A DNA stretch of 64,000 nucleotides from contig CM120641.1 in the NCBI GenBank assembly GCA_051362555.1, positions 47,746,401-47,810,400 of the forward strand, in the 5' to 3' direction. Origin of the DNA: Lingula anatina. Lineage: Eukaryota > Animalia > Brachiopoda. Made by a program: the position numbers and the translations under genes. The stretch's first letter is position 1; every line of letters starts with the position of its first letter. The notes beneath the pieces were generated by a model that made no database searches, was not told the DNA's origin, and saw only the letters and a program-made list of their open reading frames with translations. Positions 20,017 through 33,700 of the stretch are shown one piece after another.

Positions 20017-23000
20017 AGGACCCCTCTCTCCACCCCTGCACTGTACCCTGGCGCTTGATAAGACTTCTCAAAGTACAAGAAGCATTTAAGTGTTTACAAC
20101 ATCGATTTATTTTTGATTGCACAGACGTCGACAACGTGACATTTATCCATTTATACAAATGTTTTCTGAGCTGTCTCTCGGCATTTGAGCAAATGAAAAA
20201 AATGGGGACAGTCTGCCTTATATGATGTTACAACTTGCTAAAAAACAACGTTTAGAATTATTTGCAAAAAAAAAAAAAAAAAATATGTTCCAATATGTCA
20301 GATTGAGAGAACTGTATATTATGTAATCCGAGAACTCCTACTCAAACTCCAATCTGCGTATATATCTTCTAGTAATAAATGTATGTGTATAGCTATTTGT
20401 TGTATGCAATAGATACTTTTACGAGTGTGCGTTACATTAAATCTAGTAATGGCCAAAATTATATTCATGTGATATGTCCGAGATAATGTTTTCAGACCTC
20501 AGAACGTATCAACTAAAACGCTTCGGACGATATAATTTTCCAAGGTCTAAAAAACAACCAATCGACCCCAACCAAAGTCAATAATTGTTTTTACCACATC
20601 TTACATACAATTAAGGATTGAAATATGTGCTGATTATATAATTGCAATATATTTACCTATGAAATCGAAGTTTCTTTTAGGAGAATAGCAAGTATGTATT
20701 CAATATGTTTGTATAAGTTGAATAGGACGATGCCATCAGTAGCCTACATCCCACAGCATACGGTAAACTCTTTCAAAAGAGATAAACTCTTTCAAATACT
20801 TTTAAAAGCCCTATTGATGCAAATATGTGACTCTAAGTATCTTTTCTTTTCACGTAACACGCGCCATATTCCCATTCTTTGACCAACGGTAGTTTTAATT
20901 CTGTTATCATTCAAATGGAAACCATCCGATATGTCCCAAAATCTCGCAATTGGACAGAAAATCGTGCGAGCTTTCGCGAGATTTGGAGGGAAGTGGGATC
21001 AGAAATAATGACAAACAAGCGGGAGTTCGTTTCGGCGAGGAATTAACAGAATTTCTCGACAAATATTTCTATGGGAGTTTTCTATTTAATTCTGCAGAGG
21101 TATAGTCTTCTGCACAACATTATACTGTATTCTCTTCATGTTTTGCGTGTTACCTTTTGTATATTGCTTTCTGAGACGACATTCCAGACGAATAGAATTT
21201 CACTTTTGGTGCTAAAAGGTTAGACCCACCTAACGTTGATTCTCGACCGTTTTCTAGTCACGTATGATGTAACCCAGCCTGTCTTTAGATTATCTCGGAT
21301 GATTTCTACGGCGTGAACCATTTCTTCCAATGAATATCATGGCCAACTAACTTATGTTTTCTTGGAAAGATAACAAAACCTGCAATGGAGTGCGGTTACT
21401 GGCATTATTGGGTGAGAACTGACTGAATCAGACCTAAGATGGTATATTAGATCTTAGATCAGACTAAATGTTTAATGATAATAACCACATGCGTAACAAC
21501 GTGTTTGGCGTCCAGTTAAAGAGAAACAAGGCTTAGAAATTTAGACGCAGAGTTACCACAATTTACAAAACAGACTATAATCTTACGATGAGCGCAGACA
21601 TATATTGAATATGGGATATAAGCATATTGCTTTTAATTTTTAATCATTTTAATTGCTTTGAATTAAAATTTTACATTTACATTTAAAATAACATTACTTG
21701 TAGTTAAATAGGTCTGTAAAATATATATATGTCGATCACAAAGACATTGGAAAGGCATCAGAAATGGAAAAAGTGTAGTTATTATCAGCACTTGAAGGAT
21801 TTTGAACATGATTACAATTGCATGATTACATGTTGAAAGAAAATTTTAAAATACTTTACTCTTAGTGTCCTTTAATTATTACGCTCCTCCTTCTGATAGG
21901 CGGCGTCGCCACTGTTGGTCAGGGTGGCTAATGATGGACGCGCGGTCTAGATTACAGTATAAAGTGACCGTAAAAACAAAATAAAACTGGAGCTATATAA
22001 AACTATTTACACCCATCATTTCCAAGAAACGAAACACCGACTAATCCTCCTCTCAGTAAAAAGAAAAATGCACCGATCATTCTGACTTGATTTCGGTGAA
22101 ATTGCACGTAGACTTTGCCTTCAACTACCTTCTCTTAAGATGTAGAACGCTTGTGTAACGGTTTTTAAGTTTAAACGGTTGAGTGTGTGATAGAAATAAA
22201 ACGTTGCTACCAAAAACTACGCTACCCCTGCATTTTTGTGCAAAGATTTTTCAAGAACCGCGGTGCGCGGTGCAGACATTTGTGGAGGAAGACACTAGAA
22301 GGGGGAGGGGGGAGGGCGAACAACATTTCCTGCTCCCCAGCCTTAGTTTCCGAAAAGAAAGACATGCCTTTCTCCGAGAAATGGAAACTATTAATTTCCG
22401 TATCCCCACGGAAAGGTTTATTCTTTGGACACAAATGAAGAAGACTTTTTAAGAGGAGCTGTCTTTAAAAAGGTAAAAAAACAGCATGATTGGCAAGGCA
22501 ACTCTATAGTCAACACGCTGACATATATGTAATGAGTGAGAACTGTAGTATATACTGTAACTGCATTTTTAAAGAAAATATCTCTAAAATATTTTATGTC
22601 AAATATTGTATATTATTAAATATCTATATACACAGTCTCCTTGTACTCTGTTGCTAAATTATAGCCCTTGTATGAAATGTGCCGATATCAATAAAGAAAT
22701 AGTAATGTTGGTAATGTTTATCTGCTTTATCTTCTACATATAACATCAGCACTCTGAAGGGTAGGTCGCCTCATTTGGTCAAAACTAGCTGACACATCTC
22801 CCAGCCACGCGTAAATTAACTTAGCTACGTTTCATCCTAATTCCACCTGTCAATGATAAAAATTCTGAGAAAAATCACGTACGCAAGGAAATGGATTGAG
22901 AGTGATAACTAGCCTGCGTTTACACCGGATTTTACCCTAGTTGAACCCCTTAATTGCTATGAATTTGCTGTGAATTTACCTGCTCGAATTTTAGGAACTG

Positions 23001-23196
23001 AAGAACAATCAAGGAAATACAAAATGGCTCCACAGTGAGACGGGGAGCTCGATAGGTTTACTGAGAGTCTTAGGTAGGATCTTGGGTTGGATCCCAGGGT
23101 TGACCAAGAATGAAGTAAAATAGCATCTACATCTAGTCAACTTTAGAATCAAGCATGCGCATTGTAAGTTAATCGCTGTCTAGACTGTAGTGTTTT

Positions 23197-23242
23197 CACA
23201 CACACACACACACACACATACACACACACACACACACACACA
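23197..23242. repeat. (CA)n microsatellite
   Basis: Near-perfect CA run. Confidence 0.95.
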
Positions 23243-25436
23243 AAAGGTTGGCCATAGGTAGGGCTTTAGATGGAGAGACAATTTTGCCAGATTTTTATCT
23301 ATTTCTTTTAAGGTCAGAGAGCATGCCACTCATTCAGCTTATAGATAATGCAAGATACGGGCCTATTATAATATGATGAAGGAGAAGAGCCATTGCCGTT
23401 ACTCGTTTCGTGTTTCTGTACTGGTCTACATGCTTATATACTCACTACCAAGCACGGGCTTTGTTTGTTTTTTATTATTCATTCTAGAAGCTGTATATCT
23501 GTCTCCCGTTCCTAAGACCTCCATGCTTTGCATTTCGAAATTTGACGTCTTTTCTAACAAGGCCACATAAAATGTTGTAAACATGGTATAATAAGCCACA
23601 TGGTGAAAATAAACACCAAAACTCGCTTTTTTTTTTTTTTTTTTTTGACGTCTCGTCACCTTGGCATTGTGAACTGTTTTCACACGCGGACGCTTTGATA
23701 CACCAGTGGCGGCGATGTGGCTTTCTCAGTAATGGCTACGCTCTTCATCAGTTACTGAATTACCCGGATGAAATGATGATGAATTCAGTCCGGGTGACTG
23801 AATAATCTTGATATAATGATTAATCCCCATTCTGAACAAGTAAATGATAAATAGTTAAAATACACAAAGTTGCCGTAATTTGATCAGTGGCACGTATTAT
23901 ATTTCATAATATATATTTGAAAATGTCACTGTTTTATAATTATGAAAAAAGAATAGTGTAATGAGTTACCAGACCAAAGTCTGTCTGCATTTCTCCATGC
24001 AAACTTATTCAATGCGTCTTAAATTTGGTATAATAATCATATATTATTGGTAATGAAAGCCACTTAGAAGACGAAAAAAAAAAACAACTGCAAAGGTTAA
24101 TTATGCTTTATTGTTGCTATTTTTTCATTCTGTAGCAGGCCAAGTGAAATAATAAATAAAGTAAAAACAATAAATAAAATTGAATAAACGAATAAACAAA
24201 AGAAAATAAAAAAGAAAAACAATTTTACTAGATAAAAAGCTTAACACGAGATTTTCGTAGACTCTTAATCTATTTTTCCCTTGGTTTTATAATACTTTCC
24301 GTGGGTTTTTCAGCCAATCACATTTATATTCTCTTAACCTCTTCAAAAGTCATCTTGCATCGAATATCTTGTTGTGATCTTTCAAGTAACCAGTGTGGTT
24401 AGTTCTTTCTGTGAAATGTGGCGGGCATGGTGCCCTCCTTATTTCTTCGTGTTTATCGCCGTCTGAAAGAAGATAACAGTGGGAGCCTTGTCCTAGTAGT
24501 AGGAAAGTACTACAAACAGAAGGCGAAATTCTTAGAATCTAGATGCAGTTAACATTTGCAGGCAAACATCAGCATTGTTACCAGTTGCAAGTCAGAGTAT
24601 AAGGTTTCAATATCTTTTGCAGATAGCGAAGCACTAAAAATCTGATGAAAACCGTCAGGTATTAAAATGAGAAGTGGAGGCATGAAAGTCCGTTACCTTT
24701 AACACAGGCGAAAACGAATTTTTTCTAGTTTTCTAGGTGGAGAGTAGGGGTGGCGAATTCTTATCGTGGAGACAAATAAATAATGCCTTTTAAGAGTAGC
24801 AGTTATCAAAAAGAAAAGAAAAAAAGAAAAAAAAGAAAGAAAGAAAGACCCCCCCCCTTAGCCACGTTTGAGGAGATTATGTTACAGTTATCGGCACTAT
24901 TTCTTAGTTTTCTGTCCCCCCTAGAACACACACACTCTCTCTCTCTCTCTCTCTCTCTGTGTATGTGTGTGTGTGTGTGTACAACAAAACTTATTGCTAA
25001 AGTATCATTCCAAAGACAAAGAAACCACAGACAAAAGGTGAGCTGATGATAATATTGATGATATTGTTATTAGTATAAGTTGGCCAACGATAAAAAAAAC
25101 ATTACGTTTTAACTGATTAAGTGAGCGAAATAATGCTGAAAAAATAAATCACGTAGAAAACACAGTATCACATTTCCCTGCTATATACAGTCTACATAAT
25201 CTCCGAAAGTGGGTTAAAATGCGGGTTGCATTCAAATTTGTTCTGTATAGTAATAGTTCTCATTAAGTCGTCTCCATAACGCCATTCCTCTTAAATGTTT
25301 CCCATTTTTCGGTTATTACATGCGCGTCGTGCTCACACACCTAAAGCATGAAGAAAAAGCTCATTAGAAAATTCGGTTACTAGGTTGAATTTGAAAATCC
25401 TATTTTCTAATGTAATAGGTGTTGTCCATAATGCTG

Positions 25437-25498
25437 TACGTATGTATGTACGTATGTATGTATGTACGTGCGTACGTACGTGCGTATGTATGTATGTA
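25437..25498. repeat. (TATG/TACG)n tetranucleotide repeat
   Basis: Degenerate GTAT/GTAC run. Confidence 0.85.
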
Positions 25499-25517
25499 TT
25501 CCCCTATATAACGTTTT

Positions 25518-25693
25518 CCCTCTACCAGGGCGAGTGATAGATTTTTTTACAGATATTCACAGATATGTCTCTAGCTAGATAGATAGATAGTCATTTACAG
25601 CTGAACTGGGTTTAGCTGAAAATGACCATCTATCTAGCTAGAGACATATCTGTGAATATCTGTAAAAAATCTATCACTCACCCTGGTAGAGGG
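25518..25693. mobile_element. Fold-back/MITE-like palindromic element with 12-bp flanking direct repeat
   Basis: Arms CCCTCTACCAGGGCGAGTGATAGATTTTTTTACAGATATTCACAGATATGTCTCTAGCTAGATAGAT and its near-perfect reverse complement. TATATAACGTTT flanks both sides (25505-25516, 25694-25705). Confidence 0.8.
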
Positions 25694-27224
25694 TATATAA
25701 CGTTTGTGAGGTGACAATACAATCGAAACTACAATATAGGATAAGGGGATAAGGCATGTTGATACACTTCCCAAAGGAAGAGGGGGGGGGGGCTAAGTTA
25801 CAGAATAGTCGGGAAGGGATAGAAGGTACCGCTCTATTGGTCGGGAAAAATGTTCTAACTAAAAGTTGAGTAAACCAAAAATAAATAAATAAATAAATAA
25901 ATAAATAAAAACCTTTCAAATTGATAGCTATGTGTACATCCCAGACACAAAGTTATTGGATCATGTTTTCTCTCTGTGTTATTAAGTTATCATTCCTAGT
26001 GTAAAGAATCTATAAACAAAAATTTCAAATCTATATTTTGAAAAGAATTAAGAAGAACTGTGCCAGAGATAAATTTTTGCTTTATATTTTTTTTTTTGTA
26101 ATAGAGAGTTTCTTCTGGTGTTTTTAATACTTTTTGCCTCCGTTTTCCTTTCTTTATGTTTTTCTTTTTTCTTTATTTTGCTAAAGAAATAGCAAAATCT
26201 TCGAAATTTCTGTCTTAAAACTGTTGCAACGATGGGACAACTGTAGACGCTTCCATCCAGCGTCTCCAGATATTAAACCATTGATTTTCGTTCAAAGGCA
26301 GAGGTGTTGGTTGTGAAGATCATGATTACATTCAACGTACTCATATGACACTAGAATCGACAAGAAGGTTGCGTTTTATTTTACCACCTGACAAGAGCAG
26401 CAACTAAGCACGGCGATGTGTAATTCCATCTGCGTCTGTGGCATATCAATTCCATTATATCTTTATCAACATAATTATTGTAATCTTTACCGTTAACACG
26501 GCCAATGTTACATCATTGTCGGCCCAGTTAGCGCCATCCACCTAATAACCTTCATTAATGCCATTATTTCAAGTCTCAGATATATCAAAACACGGGCACG
26601 AATGTAATCATTTTATTTAATATTACCATTATTGATATTGATGATTTCATTATAATAAGTAGATGGCAGATGTATATTCAAATACACTAAGTGCAATGTC
26701 TAATCTGATCAAATCTAAAACTATTTATGTTGTACATCCACAACTAGAAGAAACAAGAGCCAGCACTTGTTTATAACAGGTGTCACACAAACACATGCTG
26801 AATTAGACAGTCTAACTTTAATGTTATTATTGAATATCGTAGACACATAACTTTCCTTCACTCTTCTCTTAATAACCTGGGATCATCATGTTTATATTAT
26901 CAGTTCTGAAGATTCAAGCCAGAAAAGTGATGTAAAATTTCTGTAAGTCCTTTCTTTACTATTGAAAATTGATATTTGCATGCCAAATGAATATTTCAAA
27001 CGAAAAAAAAAACAATAATAATAGAAAGACGATCAAAATATAATGGCAAGATATGTTTATTGATATTTATGCATAGAAAGAAATAAGCTGAGTCGAAAGA
27101 AAGACAACCACAAGCTGTCCGAGACATCAAAATATGGTTCAATTATACATGAAGATCTAGATGGAATCACAGAATTGTGTTTATCGACTCCATTGTAATC
27201 ATTAGCTGAGTGTCATTTAGAACT

Positions 27225-27306
27225 TTATATTATATTATATTATATTATATTATATTATATTATATTATATTATATTATATTATATTATATTATATTATAT
27301 TATATT
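27225..27306. repeat. (TTATA)n pentanucleotide microsatellite
   Basis: Perfect TATAT run. Confidence 0.95.
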
Positions 27307-30099
27307 TCGCGTGTCAGAATGTTGGGAATATCAGAGAGTAGCACTAAAGTAAAAGGTCTTATATATACTATATATGTATAATAATTCTATAGATATTGGG
27401 TAAAATGTTATATATCTTGCCCTAACCAAAATTCCTGAGATATAACTGAATATCAATAGTAAAAATTATGAAACAAGTAACAGTTTTAAATCGTATAGAA
27501 AATAACGAACCTCTTGAAAAGCACGCAAAAGATGCAATTTTACTTGATATATATAACTTTAGAAAAAAGCAAAGCCTTAAGACAATGGTAATAATAAAAT
27601 TATGTAATAAGCAGAGATAGTTAACAGTAACGAAAACTACTTACACTTGAACACATATAGCAAAAAAAAAACAAACTTATTTTACACACCTGCGTGTTAT
27701 AAGTTATAAAAGACGTGAAATTATTCAGAACCTGCGATAAAAATTGATAGAACAGAACAACATATAAACGTTTCGTTTTTTTTTTCATTTACCATTGATT
27801 CAAGATGGCAGTGTTTACAGCGTACTAAATGTGTTATACATGTACGTAGGAGCAATGGAAGCTAGTGGTTTCCATATTAGATATAAGATGGAACAGTTTG
27901 AAAACTAATTGTAGGCTTTAAAGCCTATTGTGCCTGAAATAACAGCTGTTTATCCAATTTGGATCATTTTTAATTATTTTTTTTAACCTGCAGTGTGCAG
28001 AAACCCTTCCCACTTCATAGCGTGTGCAGACTTTTGAAAAAGATTATAAAACTGACCCCTTAGCAAATTTGACAATATTTGCTTGAAAAACAGATAAGTG
28101 AATAAACAAGTGACTAAACAGATAAATAAGTAAATAAATAGATAATTCATCAATTTTCCAATTTCCCCAGCAAAAACTACTATGCAGATAAGCCGGGAAT
28201 GACTCAAGTACTCTAAACGAAGTACAAGGAAGAGCCACTTTAGATGAAGGCGATAAAAGGGGGGCAAATCCCCTCCCACTTACGTAACAGTCACAGCTTA
28301 GCGGCGTGAAAGCACGCGCCGACTATTATCTCTCCCCGCCCACTTAATTTATACCAATTACTGACCGGCCAGTCCATAGCGCACCACTACTTGCCCCAGT
28401 CCAGCCTGATTTCAATGTGGACCCGTGGATATTTTGTGGATATTTAAAAACATGTGCTTTTCAAAAAATGTATTGTTTCGCTTTTAACCTCTTTCCATAA
28501 AGTCTTAGATAATAGACTAAAGAGATATGAGGCTTATCAGACTGACCTGATGAAACTACAATTTATAAAAAAGCTATGAAGAAGTCTTTATTTTTACCTG
28601 CACATAAACCCTGCCTCAGTATTAACGGTAGACGGTAACTCTATTAAAGTGATGATTTGAAAGACCAAGAAAAAGGGATATTGTTTGAAACAATGTAAAG
28701 CATTTTTTTAAAATTTGGTATGGTTGAACTTACTATTTTAGACCACACGTATCGACCTGTTTCTAACATTTAATCTTACCTATCCTCCTAGCATTCGTAC
28801 AACATTTAATATGCTAATTGAAATGGTTTAAACATCCTGTATTTATGTTTGAAAAGGTTAAGTATAAAATTAAAGATTAAAGGCTGGTGCTTCCTTCTCT
28901 TTCGATTTCTTCTTTATTTTTGTGGAATTTTAAATAAGATAGGTCATAGGTATTGAAATGGAAATAGACTTATTTTGTTTTGAGCAAAGTTGCGATGTTT
29001 GATATCCTCATATCTAAAGAGGATATTACTCAGGTCTATTTATTGTTTAGAGAATATTATTTATTTATTATTCAGGGAACATTACCTATTTATTTTTAAG
29101 AGAATACTATCTATTTAGTATTTAGAGAATATTTTTTAGCCTTAAATGGATTCAAACTAAAAAACATAGATAATGCTCTGAATTTTCTCAGTGTCATGAG
29201 GTGTTGCTATTTTCTTTTTGTTGAAAAAAATAATATAATAGTCGTTAGGCATTTATCCTGTGCTCCATGCTCTTAAGCCTTCTACATTAAAGTTGGCATA
29301 CTTTTATACCACAGGGATATTTGATTATGTTACAAATATCATATAATAATAATAAATTATGACTATTTTACTATAATATCTAAGGAGCAAAGGGATACTT
29401 GTTTACGTCTCGTTTTGCTTTCCACGCTAATTTTGGCACAGTGTAGATGGGGGGAGGGGGGGGACTTCCAAAGCTACAGGGTGTCGTCTCTATCCCTCCC
29501 TGCCTGTGCCTTGCCCCCACCCCCACCCCCACCCACTTCAAATTGACCAACCTCATTCCTTTTTTCCGCTACCTTTTTGAAAATCACCAGATACGTTTTC
29601 GTGAAGTCTTTCTATTTATTTTCTATGTGTACGCTTGTATTACGTGTAAAACAATGGTGTTTGGGTGATATTTGGGATTTTTTTTGTATCAAAAAAACAT
29701 CAACATATAGTAATTTTGTTGAAAGGATTTCAGTCCATAAGTTCATAAGTCTGAAGAACGCTGGCAGTTACGTTCTTTGCAGAAGGTTGCGACTATTTTT
29801 ACACTACAGCGTGCGTGCTGTACGTACGGAATGAAGACTCTCTTTTTTGTCTTTGTTATAACCTTACATTTTTTACCTTGATGTTTAACAAAAAACTCTT
29901 TATTTCAACACCACGCGGCGCTAGCTCCGTCTTGTTTGACCTCGCTTCATGTCCAGACCTCTTCTCAAGTCTAGACCTAGATAATATTTTACCTGAATTC
30001 CAAATCTCTGTTATTTATGACCCGTGCTTGCATCTGCGTTCAGGACACGTCAGGACAATAACATTATGTGGTTTAAGGGGTACAGATCCATGCAGAGAA

Positions 30100-30673
30100 C
30101 TGGCGTGTATATTTGTCGAGAGAGTCGTGCACGCCAGTTTAGTTTGTGACGCAACCAAATGCAATATGCGGTAATGGCCGTAACCTAACGCCGCAACAAA
30201 ATCTATAAAACAGGGCGCGCTCAATACTCGCCATAGCCTTCGCCCTGGCCTTTATTTGTTTTCTTTTCTTTTGTCGGAGTCAGACTAAATATTCGCTTGA
30301 CTGGATTTCAAATGTAATATTACGGAGGGGAAAGTATGGATAAAGGCTTTTCGAAAATGCCCAATAAGATGGACACGTGACATTAACAGTGACATGATTA
30401 AAATTAATTCACCCCGCTTATCAATAGACAGTTATTTATAGCAACTGCAGGTCAGCGCAATTGTCCAGACAACGTAATTCGTCCTTTTGGGATAGGTCAG
30501 TTCGGGTCATCGCGGTGGATGGACTGAGCGTGCAAGTGAGGGCAACGGAGAAAAGTAGCAGGTGCACTCGCCCATTTACCCAGATTGCAGTAGGAACGCC
30601 GCCATTTTTGTTGTTATTCCTTTGTCCACTTTGCTGCTGAGTAGCCGCATTTTCCAATGAAAACTCAAGCAGA
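30100..30673 (+). promoter_or_regulatory. CpG-rich promoter/5' UTR of the MSRRKQ gene
   Basis: TATA-like CTATAAAA (30203-30210) and TATTTATA (30433-30440), E-box CACGTG (~30374), DR4 AGGTCAgttcGGGTCA (30494-30509), YY1 motif GCCGCCATTTT (30598-30608), high CpG density. Confidence 0.65.
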
Positions 30674-30725
30674 ATGTCGCGGCGAAAGCAGGAGAAGCCA
30701 CAACATCGGAGAACCATCGATTCAC
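30674..30725 (+). CDS. First coding micro-exon of a NuRD-recruiting zinc-finger repressor (MSRRKQEKPQHRRTIDS), most likely BCL11-like; spalt/SALL not excluded
   Basis: ATG TCG CGG CGA AAG CAG GAG AAG CCA CAA CAT CGG AGA ACC ATC GAT TCA C followed by donor GTGAGT at 30726 (phase 1). Compare BCL11A MSRRKQGKPQH and SALL1 MSRRKQAKPQH. Lies in a CpG-rich promoter-like island. Too short for the ORF track. Confidence 0.85.
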
Positions 30726-33700
30726 GTGAGTTTAAAACAATTTAAAGGTGTATTTCAGTGTTTGCTGTGAGTTTAAAGGTTCGAAGTGTCCAGAGAGTGT
30801 GTGCCGAGGCGGTCACGGGAGGCCGGAGAGCGTTCAAGTGGCGCGATGTTACGTGGGCAAGGAAGTAGATGTAACAGCAGACACGGGGACAAAACATGAG
30901 CCGAACACTCGTCATATGTGTCAAAGAACAGGCCTTTAAGGCTGTCACGAGTTGTCAAGGCCAGATTTGGTCACTTTAGGGCTTTATCTGGCCAGTTGAG
31001 ACGCGATACGGCGCGATGGGTTCACATAACGTCGCGAGTTTCATCTCTTTTTAAAAAACAAGACTGGTCGGGTCAAAATGGCGTTTGGGCTTTAAAAAAA
31101 ACATGTAGGAATTAAAGCTTGATTTTTACAGGATCATTGTGTGTGTGTACATGTGTGTGTGTAATTTGTATACTTTTTGTGGTTTTCAGTGTTAATGTTA
31201 TATACATTGATCTGGTAAATAATTGTCAAAAATTTACATCAATACATTTTCATTGCATTTTTTTTTTGTAAAAGAAGTGGTCTGTGAAATGTAGATTATC
31301 ATTATTAAATTATTTGGATGTTAAATTAAATTCATTTGGTTCTAGTTTGATTTTTTCATTGTATTTACTTTAGATGCCCTCTCACACATTCACCATAATT
31401 TATATATATATCAATTGTTATAATGTGTAATAGAACTGACTGTTTGTTTACCTCATATGTTTGTACAGTTGTTAACTAAATTAATTTGTCTGCCCATTGC
31501 ACAATAACTCATTTAAAGCAAAAAGATAATTAAGAAGAAGAATGATTAAAAAAAGATAATAAACTAAACAAAACAATACTATAGAAAATCTGAAGAAAAC
31601 ATTCAAACAATCGTGGAAAAATATTTGTAGTAAAAAGCCAACTGGTTCCCATTACTGTAGCAATGCTGCTGCAATAGCAGGTGATGTTAAAGGGCTGATG
31701 ACCTAGAATTTAAGGTTGGCAGAAAAAAAAGTCAGACAATTTAAACAGACACAAGGTCCTGGTGTACTGGCACTAGAGTATTACTAGTGTAATCTTTTGG
31801 ATAAACACTGTCTGGCCCAGTCATAAGTAATTAAAATATCAAGGGTAAACTAGTACTAGAAAAAGGCTTAAAATATCAAGAACACAAGGTACCAGTTTTA
31901 CTAAAAGAAATAATTTATTTTCAAGTTGGCCTATATTTCTTACATTCCTTTTAGTAAATTTATTTTTATTTCACTTTAGAAGTAATTCCTTGTTTGCTGT
32001 TGCAATATGATTAATTTGAAAATTCTCACAAGTGAGCTTTACCAAAATTAAACCTTTAAAGCTTATCATTTTCTGCCATGTGTAAAGTAATTGGGCAGTT
32101 TTGAAAAATAACCGTTTAAAGGGATAAAGACTCACATGTATCTCAAGTTAAAAAAAACATACTTCAGAAAATATCATTTGAGATAATATGAAAACAGTCA
32201 GGATTATCACAGGGAATACAAGGAGACATTTTACCAGCATAGTGTAATAGGTTATGCACTTTAAATGTTTAATGGAGGCTCAGATATTGCCATGAATAAT
32301 AAACTGTTGAAAGAAACTAACAGAGAAGATTTAAAATCAAAAATTCCAGATAAAGCCCACCTGTATAATTTGATATGATTCTCTTTCTGGTTCCATTTAA
32401 TTTGCAGTTGAATAGTTTGAACAATGAGGTTTACTATTTTTTTGTATGCCTAGTTGAGGTTGTGTGATCCTCTCTATAAAAGAGAAGCTTGTTAGAGAGT
32501 TTAATGCCGACCATTTCTTTGTCTGAGAGCAGCATTAGCTGTCTTTGTTGCTTTGGGGGAGGGACAAAATTCACTGTCCATGCAATTCTTTCCAAGTCTT
32601 TCTTTCTTCCTCTAGTTCATTTGAGTAGATTACATTTGTAGTTGCATATGTTTACTGAAACAAAGTCACCACTTATTTCTTTGGAAGAAAATCATTCTGC
32701 TGGTTGTCATGGCAACTCTTGATAGAAGTGTGACTAATAGTATTATATCATTGTTGGTCACATCTGCCATAAAATTGAAAATAATGCTGTGAGTGGAATT
32801 TAATGAGCAAGAAGCTGTGGGGAGCTAGGATACAGTAGTTTCTACCTAAGGGCATTTTTTAATATTTGGTAGAAGTATTTTTTTCATTGTTCATTGTCAC
32901 GCATAACCTGATATGTGATGATACTGAAGTTTGAAATTTTTTAAGATATCCTCTATTTGAAAATTGTAAATTTGAATATCTGAAATTCTTTTGATAAGAA
33001 AAAAATACAGAGGTAGCCATATATTCTTCATACAAAGTGACCAGTAATTGCCAAGGTCCATGTTTTTTTTTCTTTTATTATTTTTCTTTTATTTGTTTAT
33101 TATTATAAATCTTATGGTATCATGATGAGATATCAGTGTCATGTTGTATGATTCATTTTTTTAAATTCCTAGAAACTCGCTGCTTTTTAAAAGCAAAATC
33201 TAAGAATCAGGAATCTCCAGACAGTGAGCAATTTTTAATGTTGTTATAATAAAAATGATGATTATAATTATTCTTAGTTGTTAGCAGAATTGTTCCATTC
33301 GGTTCAGGTGTAAAACCAGCTAGTCAACCAGTTTGTTCTCTCACAGATAAAAGCAGTGTGTGTTGTTAAATTGGGCACTCAGGTTTGTGATCTTGCTGTT
33401 TCTAGTTCTCAGGTAAGGCTAGGAAGGGTTGCACCAGTACATGGCTGCTGCCTTTACTGCCTCCTTTCTAAACGGACCTCTGAGTTCATGATAGAACCAG
33501 CTAGGCCTCTGTCTCTTGCTTCACCTTGGCCCCCAATCCCGTTTCCATCAGGCCAGTTGAAAAAAAAAGAATTTCAGACAACTCTCAGAGTTCATATTCC
33601 CAGAAATGCTAATTTATTAAATAAGGGTACCAGGATCCGGAGTGTGTTTTATAATGTTATATCATTGGCACAGCATGCTGCAGTCGAGCTGTTAGGGATC

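Noticed and set aside
16405-20158. ORFs with poly-L/N/G/P or ER/HT repeats
   Set aside because: Translations of microsatellites and G-runs.
23030-23110. tRNA or tRNA-derived SINE (B-box-like GGTTGGATCCC)
   Set aside because: No convincing A box, cloverleaf or second copy.
30436-30717. 93-aa minus-strand ORF
   Set aside because: Antisense to the GC-rich 5' UTR and MSRRKQ exon; no recognisable domain.
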